64,000 nt of DNA, from positions 680,296 to 744,295 of the forward strand of contig CAVZEF010000005.1 in NCBI GenBank assembly GCA_963774325.1, given 5' to 3'. Below, piece by piece: positions 52,431-64,000 of this stretch (its first letter is position 1; each line of letters starts with the position of its first letter). A program made the position numbers and the translations under genes. The notes under the pieces are model-generated. The model searched no databases, had not been told where the DNA came from, and saw nothing but the letters and a program-made list of their open reading frames with translations. This DNA comes from an uncultured Pseudomonadota bacterium. GTDB lineage: Bacteria > Myxococcota_A > Polyangia > Fen-1088.

Positions 52431-53855
52431 TCAAGGCAACGTGATGCGGCCGGGCGCGCCGTTGGCGCCGGTCTGCGTGTGGCACGAGTTGCAGTCGCCG
52501 CTGGTCTGCGCGACCGGCATGATGCGCTCGCGTCCCTGGTAGGTGACCTTGGCATGATAGGGCGCGGTGATCGCGGTCGTGGACATGAAGTTGCCGGCGG
52601 CGTTGGGCGTCAGCGTGATCGTGCGGTTGGCGGCGTCGACGATCACCACGCGCGCGCCGGTGGTGCCGTTCACGCCGTTGCACAAGTTCGGCTCGTGGCC
52701 CGTCGGATAGAGCGTGCCGGCGATGGTGAAGCGGGGCGCGCCGCCCTGGGTGGCGTGGCACGTGATGCAGGCGCGGCCGGGGTTCATCACGGGGTTGCCG
52801 TTGTTGCCGCCGGTCCAGGTGGTGCCGCTGGTGCAGCGCGCGCTCGCGCCCAGCGGATCGACGGTGCCGGTGCCGCCGCCCGCGCCGGTGCCACCGCCCG
52901 CGCCACCGGCGCCACCCGCGCCGCATGTTCCGGCGGGGTAGCCGGCCGCGATCCAGTCGTTGACGGTCGTGACCTCGGCGGGGGTCGCGCCCGTGCCGGG
53001 TGCCGGCGGCATCGGCGTCGTGGCGCTCTGCATGCGCACGACGGTGCGCTGGGCAAAGGTCATCGCCGCGCTGACGAACGACGGCGTCATGAGATTTCCG
53101 CGCGTGACCAGCGGCATCGGCGCGCCATTGACCGGCGTCGCCGCGTGGCAGGTGGTGCAGTGGGTCTGATAGACCGCCTGGACGTCGCACGGGAGCCCCT
53201 CGTTGGTCGCGCCACCGGCCCCGCCGGTGCCGATGCGCCCGCCGGTTCCGGTCGCGCCGCCGGTGCCGGTGCGCCCGCCGGTCCCGGTCGTGCCGCCCGC
53301 GCCGGTCGTGCCGCCCGCGCCGGTGCCGCCGCAGGTCGCGCTCGGGTAACCCGCGGAGATCCAGTTGCCGAGCGACTGGATCTCCGCCGCGGTGGCGCTC
53401 GGGTTGGGCGCCGGCGGCATCTGGCCCGCAGTCTGCTGAATGCGCGCCAGCGCGCGCTGCGCGAACGTCTTGGTGGGATCGGCGAACGACGCCGCGAGCA
53501 GGTTCGCGAGGTTCACGAGCGGCATCGGCGCGCCGTTGACCGGCGGCGACGCGTGGCAGCCGATGCAGCGGGTCTGCAGCAGCGCCTGCACGTCGCAGGG
53601 GAGCCCGGTCGCGACCACGCCGCCGGAGCCACCCGCGCCGGCGCCGCCGGTGATGCCGCCCGCGCCACCGCCGCTGCCGGTGACCGCGATCCCGCCGAGG
53701 CCGCTCGCGCCCGCACCGCCGGTCGTGCCGCCGTCGCCAAACACCGGACTGCCCGGGTCGAAGCCGCTGTCCCCGACGGTGCCGGTGCACCGGGTGAGGA
53801 AAAAGAGAGACAACAAGGCGAGGAGAGTGGAGAGCCCAGTCTTCGTCGTGCGCAT
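52431..53855 (-). CDS. Tetraheme c-type cytochrome lipoprotein with Gly/Thr linkers
   Basis: Signal ending TRC; CIGCH, CTTCH, CITCH, CNSCH; duplicated GLPCDVQA..CxxCH..PVNGAPMPLV..MPP module. Confidence 0.85.
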   Translation of the reverse strand: MRTTKTGLSTLLALLSLFFLTRCTGTVGDSGFDPGSPVFGDGGTTGGAGASGLGGIAVTGSGGGAGGITGGAGAGGSGGVVATGLPCDVQALLQTRCIGCHASPPVNGAPMPLVNLANLLAASFADPTKTFAQRALARIQQTAGQMPPAPNPSATAAEIQSLGNWISAGYPSATCGGTGAGGTTGAGGTTGTGGRTGTGGATGTGGRIGTGGAGGATNEGLPCDVQAVYQTHCTTCHAATPVNGAPMPLVTRGNLMTPSFVSAAMTFAQRTVVRMQSATTPMPPAPGTGATPAEVTTVNDWIAAGYPAGTCGAGGAGGAGGGTGAGGGTGTVDPLGASARCTSGTTWTGGNNGNPVMNPGRACITCHATQGGAPRFTIAGTLYPTGHEPNLCNGVNGTTGARVVIVDAANRTITLTPNAAGNFMSTTAITAPYHAKVTYQGRERIMPVAQTSGDCNSCHTQTGANGAPGRITLP

Positions 53856-54319
53856 CAGAATGTGTGATCCAGGTACCCCTTCGTCGTCCGAAGCAGGCAG
53901 ATCGACCACACCTTTTTTGGGAAATTCGAGCTGTTGGCGAACACCAACGTGTCGCCGTTCCCCGTCGCTGCGCGCTGTTGCCGCGCTACGGGCAGACGCC
54001 GCTGCCGGCGTCGACGAAGGCGACCATGTCCTTGCTCATCTTGCTGCCGGCGTCACCGTGCGCGCGGTGCCCGGCGGACAATCCATGTGGCCGGCGACGT
54101 TGAGCACCTGCGCGCCTGGACGCCAGGACTACGTGACCGCCTTCGAACCAGAACCGAAGAACGATGGAGAGCCACGCATCGACGTCATGTCGGCGCCGGC
54201 TCAATCCGATCGAGGAATCTACCAGACGGAAAAAGTAACCGGGTCGGCGGTCGAGAGCGCGTCCAGACAAGCCGAAGGCCGTCCGGAGCTGCCACTCGGC
54301 CGCCCGACCCGAGAAGGCG

Positions 54320-54490
54320 TTACTCGGCCTTCTTCTCGTCCTTCTTCTCGCCGTCGGCCTTCTTGCTCTTCTTGGCCTTCTTCTCCTTCTTCGGGGTCTC
54401 GCCGGCCGGCGCGTCGTCGGCCTTGGCAATGGTCCAAGAGGCGGGGAGCAGAACGGCAATGGCCAGGAAGATGGTGCGGGTGAGGTTCAT
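54320..54490 (-). CDS. Small secreted Lys/Glu-rich protein (56 aa)
   Basis: MNLTRTIFLAIAVLLPASWTIAKA-DDAPAGETPKKEKK...; SD AAAAGGAG; AxA cleavage site. Confidence 0.75.
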   Translation of the reverse strand: MNLTRTIFLAIAVLLPASWTIAKADDAPAGETPKKEKKAKKSKKADGEKKDEKKAE

Positions 54491-54544
54491 CGGTGTCTCC
54501 TTTTGGGGTTCGCCCCGACGGTGGGCCGGGGCACGCAACCAGCA

Positions 54545-54560
54545 AGCACCGCCCATGCCA
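54545..54560 (-). promoter_or_regulatory. Candidate sigma54 promoter for the small secreted protein
   Basis: Minus strand TGGCATGGGCGGTGCT (GG-N10-GC), about 55 nt upstream of the ATG. Confidence 0.5.
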
Positions 54561-54769
54561 TCCCGACGCGGGCTCACGACCATCGAGATCGGGGCGCATT
54601 TCGCCACGCGCGCGACCTCCCGCTGGGACCTGACGACGGCGGCGTGTGGCGGAATGGCGCACAGCGCCTGGGCGCGTGTGCATCGACGCCCCACCGGCGC
54701 CTCACGGTCGAGCCGCGGAGGATCGTTTCGACGGTGTTTCGAAGGGCGGCGCGCGCGCCGCCCCGCGGT

Positions 54770-55009
54770 CTACGGAGGGGCCGGGTTTTGCGAAGCGCAA
54801 CTCGGGTCGACGAGCTGCTGCTGGTCGAGCGCCTGAAGGTCCGCCGCCAGGCGCGCGATGCCGCCGGGGGAGGGCGGCGTCATCGCCGTCGAGCTGCATC
54901 CCGCGCCGAACCACGCCAGCGCGGCAGCGACGAGGACGAGCAGGGCCGCCATCGCCGCCGGGGCGCGGCGATAGGGCGCAAGGACGTCTCCGCTTCGCCT
55001 CGTTCCCAT
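54770..55009 (-). CDS. Small hypothetical lipoprotein
   Basis: Hydrophobic stretch ending FGAGC, then a short polar tail. Confidence 0.4.
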   Translation of the reverse strand: MGTRRSGDVLAPYRRAPAAMAALLVLVAAALAWFGAGCSSTAMTPPSPGGIARLAADLQALDQQQLVDPSCASQNPAPP

Positions 55010-55188
55010 GCTGTGGATCGGCAGCAAGAGGCGTGCCCATGCGAAGGGCCCGGATCCCACGCCCTTGGCGCGAACCGATTTCAGAAAACTGGGGACCTGG
55101 CGCCCGAGGTCGGATCGCCAAGTCCTGGATCGATGCCGGGAACGACGTCCGGAGCGATGTCCCGGAAATGCGCGCGGCGGTGACTCGC

Positions 55189-56583
55189 TCAGGGCAGCGC
55201 GTGCGCCAGCGGCGTGAACGCCGGAGCGGGGTAGAGCGCGAACCAGCCGGCGTAGCCGAGGTCGGGGCTCGCAATGATGATGTCCGGCCTCACTGTGCCC
55301 GAGCCGGTGAGCTGGCTCGCGCCGAAGCAGGCGAACTGGCCGGCGACGTCGGCGAACCACATGCCGCCGAGCTCATCGAACGCCATGCCCAGCGGCAGCG
55401 ACTGCACGTCGGGCTGGATCTGAACGCCAGGCGTGATCGTCTTGGTCCCGGTGCCGGCCTGGTCGGTGGGCGTGAGGCGCGCGAACGTGCCGTCGTAGTT
55501 CACCCAGAGGTTACCGTCGCCGTCGAACGCCAGGCCGAGCGGCGATGAGAGCGGCCCGATGACCGGCGGCGGCGAGAGCGCGACGATGGTCAGGTCAGCG
55601 CCGGTGCCCGACGTCGTCAGGTGCGCGCCGTTGATGCGCACGATCGTCGACGCGCCGCTGGCCACCCAGAGGTTGCCGGTGCTGTCGAACGCCAGGCCCT
55701 CGGGCGCGCTGATGCCACCTTCCTCCACGGCCGCGACCGGCGCCGTCGAGCCGGGCGTCTCGAGCGCCGCGGCGGCGATCTTCACGACCTTGTCGGCGGA
55801 GACGACCGAGACCCACAGGTTTCCGTCGACGTCGAACGCCAGCGCCGTCGGGCCGGGGATGGCGTTTCCGAACGAGGGGCTGTCGATCACGATGTCGGGC
55901 GTCTTCAAGCCGTCGGTGCCGAGCGCCGCGGCCGGGATGCGCGCGACCGGCGGATCGGCGGTGGTGCCGCCGATGACCCAGGCGTTGCCGAAGACGTCGA
56001 AGGTGAAGCCGTCCGAGCCGCCGGTGCGGGCGGCGACGGTCGCGGGCGACGTGCCGCTCGAAGCGAGGTCGCCGGGCAGGTACGACAGCAACGTCGCGCT
56101 CGACGGCGTGTTACTGGCGCCGAGCCAGAGCGCGCCGCTGCTGGCGATGCGGGCATAGACGACGTTGACGACGGTGGTCTGGCCGGCGCGCACGCACGGC
56201 GCGGGAACATCGACCGTCGGCGAATAGGCGACGCGCACCATCTGGCTCCCCTCGGCGACCAGATAGGCGGTCACGGTTTCGGGGCCGGCAGGCAGCGTGA
56301 GATCGTTGCTGGCGGTCAGCGTGGAGCCACCGGCGAGGCCGACCGATCCGTGGCCGCTGGGCGTGCCGCTGATGCGCAACGACAGCGTGCCGCTCGCGTT
56401 GCTCGACGGGCAGGTCGACCCGGTGCTGCCACCCGATCCCGAGCCGCCAAATCCGCCGCCGGTGAAACCGCCGAGGCCGGGACCGGGACCATTCGAGGCG
56501 CCGCCGCAAGCGGCGAGCATCGACAACATTCCAGAGACGACGACTACCTGACCTTGGTGTCTGCGCGCATGTCGGTTCGTCAT
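55189..56583 (-). CDS. NHL/Vgb-like beta-propeller lipoprotein
   Basis: Lipobox LAAC, Gly linker, repeated P.GLAFD..GNLWV blades. Confidence 0.82.
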   Translation of the reverse strand: MTNRHARRHQGQVVVVSGMLSMLAACGGASNGPGPGLGGFTGGGFGGSGSGGSTGSTCPSSNASGTLSLRISGTPSGHGSVGLAGGSTLTASNDLTLPAGPETVTAYLVAEGSQMVRVAYSPTVDVPAPCVRAGQTTVVNVVYARIASSGALWLGASNTPSSATLLSYLPGDLASSGTSPATVAARTGGSDGFTFDVFGNAWVIGGTTADPPVARIPAAALGTDGLKTPDIVIDSPSFGNAIPGPTALAFDVDGNLWVSVVSADKVVKIAAAALETPGSTAPVAAVEEGGISAPEGLAFDSTGNLWVASGASTIVRINGAHLTTSGTGADLTIVALSPPPVIGPLSSPLGLAFDGDGNLWVNYDGTFARLTPTDQAGTGTKTITPGVQIQPDVQSLPLGMAFDELGGMWFADVAGQFACFGASQLTGSGTVRPDIIIASPDLGYAGWFALYPAPAFTPLAHALP

Positions 56584-56597
56584 GCCGCGTGCTATCG

Positions 56598-56613
56598 GCG
56601 ACTTGTGTGCCAA
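56598..56613 (-). promoter_or_regulatory. Candidate sigma54 promoter
   Basis: Minus strand TTGGCACACAAGTCGC (TGGCAC-N5-TCGC), directly upstream of the NHL lipoprotein. Confidence 0.45.
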
Positions 56614-56700
56614 ACCTGAGCAGGCCGGCGTGTGAATTCGGCGTGTCGCCGCAGATGCCCCCTGGCCGCCGGGCTCGAGAGCCGCTAGAAAAGGGCCATC

Positions 56701-57721
56701 ATGAGCGCCGAGCTGCCGATCCTGAATTTCATCCTTCGCAACTACAAGAACTTCAACGCGCGCGCCACGCGCGACGCGACCCTCGCCTACTGGCGGCATA
56801 TCGAGCGCGGCGGGCGCATGTTCTGGGCGGTCGCCGGCGCGATGTCGTCGGCCCAGCTCGGCATCACGATGGCGCCGGCGATCCGCGCCGGCCTGATTCA
56901 CGGCCTGTCGGTGACCGGCGCCAACCTGGAAGAGTCGCTGTTCCGGCTGGTCGCGCACGACCACTACAAGGACTTCCCCGACTACCGCTACTTCACCAAG
57001 CAGGACGACACCAAGATCCTCGACGACCGCATGCGACGGGTGACCGATACCAGCATCCCCGAGGACGAGGCGTTCCGCGCCGTCGAGAAGATCGTCGTCC
57101 CCATGTGGAAACGCGCCAGCGAGCGCGGCGAGCGCCGCTTCTGGCACGAGTACTTCTACGAGCTGATCCAGAGCCGTGCCCGCCAATCTGCGGCAGGGGC
57201 CGGCCGACGAGTGCTGGCTGCTCGCGGCGGCGCAGGCCAAGCTGCCGGTGGTCGTCCCGGGCTACGAGGACTCGACCTTTGGCAACATCTTCGCGTCGCA
57301 CGTGAAGATCGGCGAGTGCAGCGCCGCGATCGCGAAGTCGGGCATCGAGTACATGGGGGCGTTCTATGACGACTATCGCGAGCTGTCGTCGGGGCACGGT
57401 GTCGGCTTCTTCCAGATCGGCGGCGGCATTGCCGGCGACTTCCCGATCTGCGTGGTGCCGTCGATCAAGTACGACCTCGAGCAGCCGGTGAAGCCGTGGG
57501 CGTACTTCTGCCAGATCTCCGACTCGACCACGTCGTATGGCTCGTACTCGGGCGCGACCCCCAACGAGAAGATCACCTGGGACAAGCTCACGGCGGAGAC
57601 GCCGATGTTCGTCGTCGAATCCGACGCGACCATCGTGGCGCCCCTGATGATGAACGCGCTGCTCGAGTGCAAGCGCCACCCGGGCGAGGCGAACGCGCTC
57701 ATCGCCGCGGCTCGGCTCTAG
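56701..57721 (+). CDS. Deoxyhypusine synthase-family protein (homospermidine synthase-like; frameshift near 57175)
   Basis: AGAMSSAQLG, TGANLEE, RVTDTSIPE, QIGGGIAGDF, QISDSTTSYGSYSGATPNEKITWDK. Confidence 0.9.
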
Positions 57722-57790
57722 GCGAGCCCTCTCGGCGCAGTGCGCCAGTGACCGTAACCGGAGGCCCTGCTCCGGCGTAAAGTTCACATC

Positions 57791-58990
57791 ATGAAACCAC
57801 GGACGCTCGATTCGGGAATCTCAGGGGCCGCGGTTCTGTCGTTGCTGGCCCTGGGGGCGGCGGTTGGCGGCTGCCGCAGCAGCGCCGCCGCCGAGGGTGG
57901 TCCGGACCAGCAACCTCACGGGCCGCGGACGGCCGTCCTGTCGAAGAAGACCTATACCAAGCCGGCGGACGAGGCGCTGCGGCGCAAGCTGACCCCGATG
58001 CAGTACGAGGTCACGCAGAAGGACGCGACCGAGCCGTCGTTCCACAACGACTACTGGGACAACCACAACGCCGGCCTGTACGTCGACGTGGCCACGGGCG
58101 AGCCGCTCTTCAGCTCGACCGACAAGTTCGAGTCGGGCACCGGCTGGCCCAGCTTCACGCGGCCGGTCGAGCCCGGGCGCGTGATCGACAAGACCGACCG
58201 CACGATGGGCATGGCGCGCACCGAGGTGCGATCGAAGGCCGGGAGCTCGCACCTCGGCCACGTGTTCGACGACGGACCGGAGCCGACCGGCCTGCGCTAC
58301 TGCATCGACTCGGCGGCGCTGCGTTTCATTCCGGTCGACAAGCTGCAGGCCGAGGGCTACGGCGAATACCGCGTGCTCTTTGGCGAGGGCGTCGCCGCGA
58401 AGGGTGGCGCCGCCGCGGCGAAGACCGCGCTTCCGGCCGGCGCCGCGACGGTCAACTCCTGCACGCGCCCCGGGCCGGGCGACAAGCCGGGCTGCGAGAC
58501 CACGTTCGAGACCGCGTACCTGGCTGGCGGCTGCTTCTGGGGCATGGAAGAGATCCTGCGCAAGATCCCCGGCGTCATCCAGACCGAGGTCGGCTACAGC
58601 GGTGGCAAGACGAAGTCACCGAGCTACGAGGAGGTCTCGAGCGGCGCCACCGGCCACGCAGAGACGGTGCGCATCGTGTTCGATCCCAAGAAGCTGTCCT
58701 TTGCCGACCTGCTGGAGAAGTGGTTCTTCCGCATGCACGACCCGACCACGCTCAACCGCCAGGAGAACGACGTGGGCACGCAGTATCGCTCGGCGATCTT
58801 CTTCACGACGGACGAGCAGCGCAAGACCGCCGAGGCGGTCAAGGCGCGCGTCGCCCGATCGGGCAAGTGGAAGCACCCGATCGTCACCCAGATCGTACCG
58901 GCCGGCGAGTTCACGCGCGCCGAGGAGCACCACCAGAAGTATCTGGAGAAGAACCCCGGCGGCTACATGTGCCACTACTTGCGGGACTGA
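57791..58990 (+). CDS. msrAB: Bifunctional methionine sulfoxide reductase MsrB-MsrA with lipoprotein signal
   Basis: MsrB: [29 protein letters not shown]. MsrA: [27 protein letters not shown]. Lipobox VGGC. Confidence 0.92.
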   Translation: MKPRTLDSGISGAAVLSLLALGAAVGGCRSSAAAEGGPDQQPHGPRTAVLSKKTYTKPADEALRRKLTPMQYEVTQKDATEPSFHNDYWDNHNAGLYVDVATGEPLFSSTDKFESGTGWPSFTRPVEPGRVIDKTDRTMGMARTEVRSKAGSSHLGHVFDDGPEPTGLRYCIDSAALRFIPVDKLQAEGYGEYRVLFGEGVAAKGGAAAAKTALPAGAATVNSCTRPGPGDKPGCETTFETAYLAGGCFWGMEEILRKIPGVIQTEVGYSGGKTKSPSYEEVSSGATGHAETVRIVFDPKKLSFADLLEKWFFRMHDPTTLNRQENDVGTQYRSAIFFTTDEQRKTAEAVKARVARSGKWKHPIVTQIVPAGEFTRAEEHHQKYLEKNPGGYMCHYLRD

Positions 58991-60935
58991 GGTCCGCCGC
59001 CGGCGCCCTCGAGCACCTCGCGCACCTTGCGCAGCAGCGAATCGGGCACGATCGGCTTTTGCAGGAACGAGATGCCCGAGTCGAGGATGCCGTGGTGCAC
59101 GATGGTGTTCTCGGTGTAGCCCGACAGGTAGAGCACCTTCATGTCGGGGCGCAGCGGCATCAGCCGCTCGGCGAGCTGCCGGCCGCTCATGCGCGGCATG
59201 ACCACGTCGGTGACCAGGATGTGGATGCGCGCCGAGTGGCGCTCGCAGACCAGGAAAGCCTCGCCGCCGTTGGCCGCTTCGAGCACGTTGTAGCCATGGC
59301 GGCGCAGGATCGTGCGCGAGATGACGCGCACCTGCTCGTCGTCCTCGACCAGCAGCACGGTCTCCGTCCCGCGCAGCACGACCGGCCCCGACGGCGCGAT
59401 GTCGGCGCTCTCGACCACGCCGTCGGTGCGCGGCAGGTAGATCCGGAACGTCGTGCCCTTGCCGAGCTCGCTGTAGACCCAGATGTGGCCGCCCGACTGC
59501 TGGACGATGCCGAAGACCATCGACAGCCCCAGGCCCGTCCCCTTGCCCTTCTCCTTCGTGGTGAAGAACGGCTCGAAGATGCGCGCCTGCGTGCCCGCGT
59601 CCATGCCGATCCCGGTGTCGGTCACGGCCAGCAGCACGTAGGCGCCGGGCTTCACGCCGACGTGGCCCGCGGCGTACTCCCCGGTCAGCTCGACGTTGTC
59701 GGTCTCGATGGTGATCTTGCCGCCTTCGGGCATGGCGTCGCGCGCGTTGACCACCAGGTTCATGAGCACCTGCTCGATCTGCCCGGGATCGGCGCGCACC
59801 TGGCCGAGCGCGCGCGCGTTCAGCAGCGAGAGCTCGATGTCCTCGCCCAGCAGGCGCCGGAGCATTCCCTCGAGGCCGTTCACGACCTGGTTCAGGTCCA
59901 GGTTGCGCGGCTGCAGGACCTGCTGGCGGCTGAACGCGAGCAGCTGCCGCGTCAGCGCCGCCGCGCGCTCGCCCGCGCGGCGGATCTCGTCGAGCTCGGC
60001 GCGCATCGGATCGCCGACCTTGAGGCCGTCGATGATCATCTCGGCGTAGCTGAGGATCACCGACAGCAGGTTGTTGAAGTCGTGGGCGACGCCGCCCGCC
60101 AGGCTGCCGATCGCCTCCATCTTCTGCGATTGCCGCAGCTGTTGCTCGAGCCGCCGGCGCGGCGAGAGGTCGACGAACGTGGCGACCGAGCCGAGGCGGA
60201 CGCCGTCGCGCCTCACGGGGAACATGCGGATCTCGACCTCGAAGCGCGACCCGTCGCCGCGGTCGAGCGCCTCGTCGTCGAGGACCGCGCTGTCTTCGCC
60301 CACCAGCGCCTGGCGCAGCCGGCAGCTCGGGCCCGCGCAGCGGACTTCGTGCGGCTTGCCGTGGTGCAGGAGCGCGTGCGTGTCCCGACCCACCAGCGAT
60401 CCCTGTCCGGCGTAGCCCAGCATGGAGGTCGCCGCGCGGTTGGCGAACGTGAAGTTGCCCTGGCGGTCGACGCCGAAGAACCCTTCGCCGGTCGAATCCA
60501 GCAGCAGGCGCACGTACTCCTCGCTCTCGCGCAGCGCCTTCTCGGCCTCGCGCCGCGCCTGGCGCATGCGGCTCTCTTCCAGCTCGCGCTCGACGGCGTG
60601 CAGCAGGCGCGCCAGCTTGCCCTTGACGATGAAGTCGCGCGCGCCCCCGCGCAGCGCCTCGACCGCGCTCTCCTCGCCGATCGTGCCCGACACCACCATG
60701 AACGGCAGCTCGAGCCCGCTCTCGCGCAGCACGGCCAGCGCCGGCAGCGCGCCGAAGCCGGGCATGGAGTAGTCGGAGATGATGATGTCCCACTGCCGCC
60801 GCTTCAGGGCCTCCACCATCCCCGTCGCGGTCCAGACTCGCTCGTGCTCGACGTCGAACCCGCGCCGCAGCTCCAGCAGCAAGAGCGCGGCGTCGGCCTC
60901 GCGGTCCTCGAGCACCAGCACCCGCAACGGCTTCT

Positions 60936-60939
<4 letters not shown>
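58975..60939 (-). CDS. Hybrid sensor kinase (REC-PAS-HisKA-HATPase-REC)
   Basis: [64 protein letters not shown]; 3' end overlaps msrAB by 16 nt. Confidence 0.93.
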
Positions 60940-62987
<2,048 letters not shown>

Positions 62988-63000
62988 GTTGCCGCCTCCG

Positions 63001-64000
63001 TCATCGGCGCGCCTGGCCCGGTCCGGCCGCCGCGAGCGCGATCGCGGGGCCGATCTCTTGAATGGGCAGGATCTGCTCGGCCGCGCCGATGAGCGCCGCC
63101 TCGCGCGACATGCCGTAGACCATCGACGTCGCCTCGTCCTGCGCGATGGTCGCGCCGCCGGCGCGCCGGATCCCGAGCAGGCCGCTGGCGCCGTCGCGCC
63201 CCATGCCGGTGAGCAGCGCCGCGATCGCCTCGGCGCCCCGCTCGCGCGCGATCGACTCGAAGAGCACGTCGATCGACGGCCGGCACGAGTGGCGCTCGGG
63301 ATCGGATGTCAGGGCGAGCCGCGCGCCCGCGACCACCAGGTGCCGGCCCGGCGGCGCCATCAGGACGCGCCCGGCGCCGGCGCCGATGAGCGCGCCGTCG
63401 CGCGCATAGCCGACCCGGTGCGCGGTCTGTCCGTCGAGCCACTCGGCGAACGCGGCGCCGAACGGCTCGTCGATGTGCAGCACGATCAGGACCGGCAGCG
63501 GAAAGTCGACGGGCAGGCCACGCAGGATCTCGACCAGCGCGCCCGGCCCGCCGGTCGACGCGCCGATCGCGACCAGCCGGCGCACCGGCGAGCCATCGGC
63601 CGCGCGCGCGACCGCGCCGGAGGGGAGGGCGTCTCGAGCGAGGTCGGGCGCGCGCCCGAGTCCGGGGAGGCGCGCGCGCAGGTGGGTGATGACCTTGATG
63701 CGCGACACCAGCTTCAGCGCCGCCAGGTAGCGCCGCTCCCAGTCGTCGCCGTGCTCGTCGCCGCGCGGCTTCTCGAGCACGTCGACGGCGCCCGCCGCCA
63801 GCGCGTCGTAGGTCCGGAACAGCTCACCGCGGTTGGTCGACGCCGACACGATCAGGATCGGCGTCGGGAAGTGCGCCATGATGTATTCGGTGGCGGCGAC
63901 GCCGGTCATGATCGGCAGCATCATGTCCAGCGAGACCACGTCGGGGCGCAGGTCGTGGCAGAGCTCGATCGCGCGCTTGCCGTCGGTGGCCTCGCCGACG
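63001..64000 (-). CDS. cheB: Chemotaxis response regulator protein-glutamate methylesterase (5' end off the window)
   Basis: REC (PDVVSLDMMLP), GASTGGP, VLHI, RPSIDVLF, LTGMGRDG, AQDEATS.VYGM. Confidence 0.93.
   Translation of the reverse strand, partial: VGEATDGKRAIELCHDLRPDVVSLDMMLPIMTGVAATEYIMAHFPTPILIVSASTNRGELFRTYDALAAGAVDVLEKPRGDEHGDDWERRYLAALKLVSRIKVITHLRARLPGLGRAPDLARDALPSGAVARAADGSPVRRLVAIGASTGGPGALVEILRGLPVDFPLPVLIVLHIDEPFGAAFAEWLDGQTAHRVGYARDGALIGAGAGRVLMAPPGRHLVVAGARLALTSDPERHSCRPSIDVLFESIARERGAEAIAALLTGMGRDGASGLLGIRRAGGATIAQDEATSMVYGMSREAALIGAAEQILPIQEIGPAIALAAAGPGQARR

Noticed and set aside
53860-54319. Short ORFs between the cytochrome and the small peptide gene
   Set aside because: Frames are interrupted and carry no recognisable motif; possibly decayed sequence, but not supportable.

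Overview
High-GC (roughly 70% by eye) bacterial DNA, most likely from a myxobacterium (Myxococcota). The evidence is a MYXO-CTERM tail, many Gly-rich lipoproteins, a DUF1592-type protein and a chemosensory-like signalling cluster. Many genes, including housekeeping ones, are broken by single-base indels, densest at about 31.5-52 kb. This most likely reflects unpolished long-read assembly error, so such genes are reported as single frameshifted CDSs. Content in order: LysR divergent from sdhCAB; FAD oxidoreductases; an ECF41 sigma with its cognate promoter; pstSCAB-phoU; DUF885; acyltransferase and hydrolase; an AraC/methyltransferase/BBE unit; a di-heme cytochrome with an ECF sigma; secreted beta-propeller proteins; an alpha-CTD-like protein divergent from an APC permease-PP2C-Ser/Thr kinase-Amt operon; an ankyrin gene behind a structured leader; a MITE; a paoABC/yagTSR-like molybdoenzyme; a tetraheme lipoprotein; a DHS-like enzyme; MsrBA; and a CheB/multi-REC kinase relay. 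No rRNA, tRNA, CRISPR array or transposase was seen. The best leads are (1) a candidate pseudoknotted leader RNA at 44.5-44.7 kb in front of an ankyrin protein with a distinctive N-terminal domain, (2) a GlnK-less Amt operon carrying its own kinase/phosphatase pair and an APC permease with a large loop insertion, (3) a tandem palindromic element that duplicates the ATGA stop/start junction of sdhA-sdhB, and (4) a PaoA subunit with a redoxin-like domain fused ahead of an internal Tat-like motif. All family calls come from motif recognition by eye; no database searches were run.
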